Origin: Amoebidium appalachense
Lineage: Eukaryota; Protista; Ichthyosporea
Assembly: GCA_963693365.1 (NCBI GenBank)
Contig: CAVNZM010000004.1
Coordinates: 7,663,093 to 7,727,092 of the forward strand
Length of the DNA stretch: 64,000 nucleotides
Direction of reading: 5' to 3'
Shown here: positions 58,601 through 64,000 of the stretch, piece after piece
Numbering within the stretch: position 1 is the first letter of the stretch
How the letters are laid out: each line of letters begins with the position of its first letter
Made by a program: the position numbers and the translations under genes
The notes under the pieces: model-generated
The model's input: only the letters and a program-made list of their open reading frames with translations
Told to the model about the DNA's origin: nothing
Database searches by the model: none

Positions 58601-60708
58601 CTCAGGAAGCAGATAGATGGGTGCATTATGATAAAAATACTGAGTTAGAGCGTGCAGTGATCTCGTCGGTTTATTTTCCTGACTCAGATTCCTACACTGC
58701 TCCTTCTCACGCCCCTATGCCTTTGCAAGCGCATGTCGCGGCTTGCTTACCATATTTGGGCATATCCGCCACCCATACTCACATTAACCTTTCTCCGCCA
58801 GCGGACGGTCCCTGTGAAATTAGTTTAGAATAGGGTCCCTTCGTTCGGTGATGGTTAAACAGAGAGCAGATGTGAATTCTCTTGATGTATGTAGTGCAGG
58901 TTCCCCTGCACACAGAAGAAGATTCGCATGTTTTGTACCTTAATAATCTTGCTTCCAAAAATGGCATTACCTCTCAAATTCCCTCTTCGCATCCTGTGCA
59001 GATAGCTGCCTTAGCTGGGGCCGGCTACCAGAGAGATGCGATAGTAGCAGCACAACGTAATGATCCCCTGCGTGGTGATATCATTACTTTGCTGTCTACA
59101 AAAGACCCACGGGGTCCCAAAAAGCATGAATACATGCAAAAATTAGCGCAAAATATCACACGGAACGACACTTCTCCCTTGGAAAATATGGAAGAAAATG
59201 TACAGGACACCACACCACGTATTAGTAATGCGAAGAGGAGAAAACTCGCTCGCATTGCTCGTCACTGTTTTGTGGAAAATAATGTCCTATATTATTTTTC
59301 TTTGGAGGGTAGAAAATTGTTCGTTCCTGAGGTCTTATATCACGAATTATTAGAGTGTGCACGATAAGATGGGCCATTTTGGTGTGCATCGCACGTTAAA
59401 GGCATTGCGCGCGTATTATTGGCCGGGTATGAGTAGGTATGTGCATAGGTGGGTGCGCTCGTGTGTTGGGTGTCAGGCACGTAATTCTGACCCACACATG
59501 AAGGTTAGACCATCCCCACCTCCATCCCTCACTCCTACAAAATTATTCGAAAGAATAAGAATTGATACAATCGTGCCCTCTAAACCTTCCAAAAATGGGA
59601 ATACCAAAATTGTCGTTATTATGGATATTCCTACCAGATATGCAGAAGCCTTTGCGGTAACCGATGAAACGGCTGCCACAATTGCTCGGCTTATCTTGGA
59701 TAGATTTTGTTACGTTTATGGCCCACCTAGGTCACTATTGTCTGACCGTGGTGCGAATTTTCTTTTGGAGATAGTGCTAGAGCTGTGTAAAATGTTGAAT
59801 ATCACAAAACTTAACACAGCAGCCTATCACCCTCAAACTAAGGCCATAAATGAACGGTCTCATAGACCCATTAATGATGCCATTAGTAAGTATGTGAATT
59901 TGGATGGAGATCATTGGGATGAATATCTAGCTCCCGTTATGTTTGGGTATAGAGCTACCCCACATGCGGCTACTGGGTATTCACCATATATCTTGTATTC
60001 GGGCAACATCCTACACTTTTTCCAGACGTCTCTCTTTTGCCTCCTGGGGAACCCATGAAGCACCCAGAGTGGACTGCTCTAAGGGAAAAATCGATAAGGC
60101 AAATTCAGATTGTGGGGCATATGCAAATGAATAAGCCGCCTGGATATGCTAAGAATAATTCGCAAAAATCAGATCAAGTTGCGAAAATTCGCAAATTTTT
60201 CAGAGGAGACCCAGTGATGATCAGAAATACTTCTGAGCATCCAGGTAAATTTTCCCCTCGTTGGCACCACGGATTTGAAGTGGTAAAACAAGTGGGAGAT
60301 TTAGCCTATCGGGTCAGAAATAAGCAAGATTTAAATGATATTCGTATTCTCAATGTTAATGATATTAATCTAGAAGTGCCTCTCTCTGTACGGGGCACCA
60401 TGCCCAACAACGATAATCTCCCTGTGACTGGTCAGTCACATGGTTGGAACGTCGTTGCGGATGATGAAGTAGAAGTCGAGACTATTCTAGATATGAAGAT
60501 AGAACACCCAGTTTCCTTGAGGAACCGGCGTTCTCTACCTACACAGAAATATCTGGTTCGCCTTAAGGCTGACCCAGATAACCCTGTGTGGATTGGATAA
60601 AAATCAATTAAGGTCATGTGAAAATTGATTGCTGAATTTGAGTCTAAATTTGATCGGACACAGGCCCCTCTTCCCCACGTGCAGGAAGAGCAGGACTTGC
60701 CCGTATAA
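55638..60708 (+). pseudogene. pol: pol (aspartic protease, reverse transcriptase, RNase H, integrase, chromodomain) with stops and frameshifts
   Basis: ALYDPGSQ (PR). DVRKLNE..KDSYPLP, MVMGASNSP, IYIDDL (RT). KTDAC, YSTSEREALA (RH). HDKMGHFG..CVGC, RIDT, SDRGANF, YHPQTKAINER (IN). GKFSPRW (GPY/F-like). EVETILD..YLVRLK..W..KLIAEFE (chromo). In-frame stops at e.g. 57621, 58831, 60598. Confidence 0.93.
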
Positions 60709-60863
60709 AATTTAGCACATGGCTGTGATTGGTTCGTTAGGAACCAATGTCCACACACAGATCGTAAGCTGGTGTGTGTCCCGTATGTCGCTTTTCACAC
60801 TAGACCTCTTCTTCTCACTCACTTTCACTCCTTCGAGGACGAAGGATCTTAATGGGGGGGTAC

Positions 60864-61155
60864 TGTGGTGTGATTGCGCCATATGCGGTAAATACCAATA
60901 GATGCGTAGCCACTCGGATGCGAGCCTGGCGCTCCATATTTGGATTGAGGTATTCAATGAGTGCGCCTACGTGTCCTGGAGGCACGATCCTGTACATCAG
61001 CCTGCGCTCTGTGCTGTGCAGAGGGCCGATAGTAAAGGGTTAGGGAAACGAGTGAGTTCCCGCAACCTCCAGTGTTGGTGTCGTGTTGCCTTTTCCGCTA
61101 TAACTCCGTTCAAAGAACCCACTTTAACACACGTATACACACAAGAGACACAACA
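60864..61155 (+). repeat. 3' LTR (292 bp)
   Basis: Direct repeat of the 5' LTR, preceded by AATGGGGGGG-TAC. Confidence 0.95.
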
Positions 61156-61364
61156 AGCAGTGTGTATCTATTCCCGGAAAAATATGGTGTGCAAAATAAT
61201 TGATAACATGCCTATGTCAAGAGATGATTTCACTTGTCGCAAATGCAGCTGCTTGCTAAGTTGAAGGTATGCTCTCCATAGCAAATCGCAAGATAAAAGC
61301 CCTAACACGTACTGACGTGTTGCCGCACGTGCGACGTTTTAACATCTACTCAGGCGGCCCTTTT

Positions 61365-61396
<32 letters not shown>

Positions 61397-61569
61397 GAAA
61401 GGAGACACCGCCTCAGTAGGTGGTAGATAAAAACCCCAAGATCATGCTCCTGTAGTGGGCTAAAGATTGCATACTATGATGATACGTGTACGTTCAAGTT
61501 CACGTTGGCTGAAAGCTCAGTCTGGAGAGATGAACGAGAAGAAGAAGGCAAGCAGTGTGAGGAGGGGAA

Positions 61570-61604
<35 letters not shown>

Positions 61605-63487
61605 ACACAGAGTACGGCATGCAATTGGATAGTGGTTTTTGACTAGTAGAGGTAGTGTGTTTATATTTTTATTTTTGGGGCTTCTGGATTGACGGGCTGC
61701 TGAAACTTTTCAAATTCTTAAAAAAAACAAAGACTACCCTTCTCCTGAGGAGCCTCTGCCCCACTAATCTACCTGACCCTGACCGAGTAAACACGAGTAC
61801 TCCCATCTGGTTTCGTTTTCGACATGCATTCTACCCTCCACCGAACCTGAATGGTGCACAAAAAGACCAGACGCCCGCCTGTCGCCAATTACACTAAAAA
61901 GGAGCTAAAATATAAGCTGTAAGATAGTGCCTTGTCAGTGCCACTTGAAACACTCAGCACTGTGTCCCTTTCTCCCGTCCAAGGGTGACCGAACATGCAT
62001 TCTTCGTACGTCCCCAGTTTTTTTCCATACTGTCTCTTTTTTTTTTCCCCCCATCGTAATTGCCTGTTTCTTTCTTCCTGCTCTTTTTTATTTTCGTGCG
62101 TGCTTGTGTTTTTTAACTCTTCCTGCCCTGCCCCCCCCCCCCCCCACCCCCCCCCCCCCTCCCCCCCCCCCCCCCCCTCCTCCTCCTCCTCCTCCTCCTC
62201 CTCCTCCTCCTCCTCCTCCTCCTCCTCCTCCTCCTCCTCCTCCTCCTCCTCTTTTTTTTTTTTTTTTTTTTTTCCTTCGTTTGTATACATTTTCTTTTTT
62301 TTTCTTCCTGCGGCACTCCCCGTTTTTGTTTTGCTTTCATGTCCTGACGCACCTGAGTCAAGCTGAAGTGGCTCACGGGGCAAACCATACCAGACGATGA
62401 TTGGTTGCTCGTTCTTGCCAAATTGGGCTTGAAGAGAGGTGCAACAAAACAAAACTGATGGTCTCTTCAACTGAGGTCACGTGCCTGTTACACAAGAAAT
62501 ATATGGTTTAAATGCAGATGTTAATAATATCTAACATACTGTACATTAAGTTTTATTTGAGTTTTTCAACGGCCATAGTATGCTTGAATATCATCAGTGA
62601 TGTAGGTACATGGGATGAAGTTGACAATTTTTTTCAGGCAAACATATTTGGACTGTTTTACACCCCCTCAGCGGACCAATCGCGATAGTTCCACCGAAAA
62701 TCTTCCTAAACTCATAAATTTTACCTTGACTTTGGCGTCTACAGTAGTTAAATGCTTTTTTTCTTTTTTTTTTTCCCCTTCTAAACTTCTAAGCGGTGCT
62801 CACGCATCTAAACTCACCCTTATGAAAATAATATATAATGATTTAAAATAATAAATAAATATTTGTAATATTCCACCAATATAACTGTTAGTCTATTAGG
62901 ATTTTATTCCTTTTTTCAAGTCAACATAAAGATTGAAGAAAGGTCTTTTCGTGCCCTTCGAACATATGAGCACATCAATAAAGTCATTTTTAAAAAAATC
63001 ATTTTCTTACCATATTTATCTTCGTGCGGTATGGGGGGATTGCTGTTTGCTCCTCCTTGCCGCCCCTCCCACCCGGGCCCGCTGCAGGCTGATCAATGAA
63101 ATCAAACGAGCATGATCATTTCAGGTCAGACCAGACGGCCTGTGCTCCACGGTGTTTCTAGATGGCCGTGGCTCCACGTCAACACGTACGCATACGTTCC
63201 GTTTTGCAGGCTGTTGAGATTTCTTTATTCCTTCTTGAACGGTGTCGCGAGCTGAGCGAGCTCTTAAAAAAAGAATAAGCACCACATTCGTGTTCATAAG
63301 ATTAAGGTGCAAAGAGGCCTGCGACTTCAAGTCTGACGCAACCACGTGTTATTGCATACATACACCCAACCAGCCCGCGAAGGTAGACACCACTGCAGCC
63401 AAGCTTCACTCACTAATTCTTTGGAACTTGAATCTTGCGGCACTTTTTCTATTCGTTTTTTTGTTTACTTATCCTTGTTACGGTACC

Positions 63488-63790
63488 ATGACGCGTAAGG
63501 GAGCACACGGGCCTGCCTCAGGCACGAAAGCACACGGCCCAACCTCAGGTTGTGCCGTTCGGGTACCGCGGCACCTTCAGGCACTTGTTGCACGTTTTGA
63601 AGCTGACATGATCAAGAAGTGCCCAGAGAGCCCAATACCCATGCGGCCGGCGCAGCGCGTGCGAATATGCCTGGAAAAAAACGAGTCATATGCGGCCGGC
63701 CCAGTCAATGCACCCAAGGGAGGGTTCGACAATAGGGTGAAGCCGGCACCTGCGAGGGGAATTCTGAAGCGTAAGGCGTCATTGGAATAG
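63488..63790 (+). CDS. Possible small basic single-exon protein (100 aa), unknown function
   Basis: ACCATG context and a repeat-free ORF MTRKGAHGPASG...RVRICLEKN...RGILKRKASLE*. No family recognised. Confidence 0.35.
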   Translation: MTRKGAHGPASGTKAHGPTSGCAVRVPRHLQALVARFEADMIKKCPESPIPMRPAQRVRICLEKNESYAAGPVNAPKGGFDNRVKPAPARGILKRKASLE

Positions 63791-64000
63791 AAAATGTGGA
63801 ATAGAATGAATGGGTGGTTTGAAACGATAGTTTGAGCGATCGTCACAAAACTGTATGTTATGGTTTTTTTTCCGTTCATTCATAGTGAATCTAGTAATAA
63901 GTAACGCGCGTTAGAAAATACATTATGTTTGTCTGTGTGCTCCTTTTCTTTATTCTCTGCAACGCGCGATGATACGGTTGGTAAGCAACAGCTCCATCTC

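Larger units (their letters stand above)
53444..61155 (+). mobile_element. Full-length degenerate Ty3/Gypsy LTR retrotransposon (chromovirus-like)
   Basis: TG...CA LTRs at 53444-53739 and 60864-61155. 5-bp TSD AGGAG/AGCAG (one mismatch). Polypurine tract at 60851-60860. Domain order gag-PR-RT-RH-IN-chromodomain. Confidence 0.96.

Overview
Eukaryotic genomic DNA with very intron-rich genes whose introns are packed with poly-G/poly-C runs and (GT)n/(CA)n microsatellites. Most of the supplied ORF track is repeat noise. The gene content suggests an opisthokont, possibly a unicellular holozoan, but this is inference only. Exon chains assembled by hand (GT-AG introns, phases checked) give: the 5' half of a Sep15/SELENOF-like gene (-), DCAF13/SOF1 (+, 10 exons), TOM7 (-), an orphan diacylglycerol-kinase terminal exon (-), a DENND1/connecdenn-like gene (-), CNOT9/RCD1 (+), a calponin-homology-domain gene (-), and a full-length but degenerate Ty3/Gypsy chromovirus (53444-61155). 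The most striking unannotated signal is a dispersed non-coding element family with about 11 copies or fragments. Copies share a 3' end, are variably 5'-truncated, nearly all end in poly-C instead of poly-A and most also start in it, all lie in the sense orientation of the local gene, and they carry a covarying, pseudoknot-containing RNA fold. Two copies are identical over 265 bp. This looks like a recently active poly(C)-targeting or poly(C)-tailed retroposon or mobile structured RNA. Other notable patterns are introns with complementary G/C and GT/CA ends and weak polypyrimidine tracts, repeated local duplication of splice-site regions, and an unusual primer-binding site and gag/pol junction in the LTR element. 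All homology calls are from recognition of motifs, with no database searches run.
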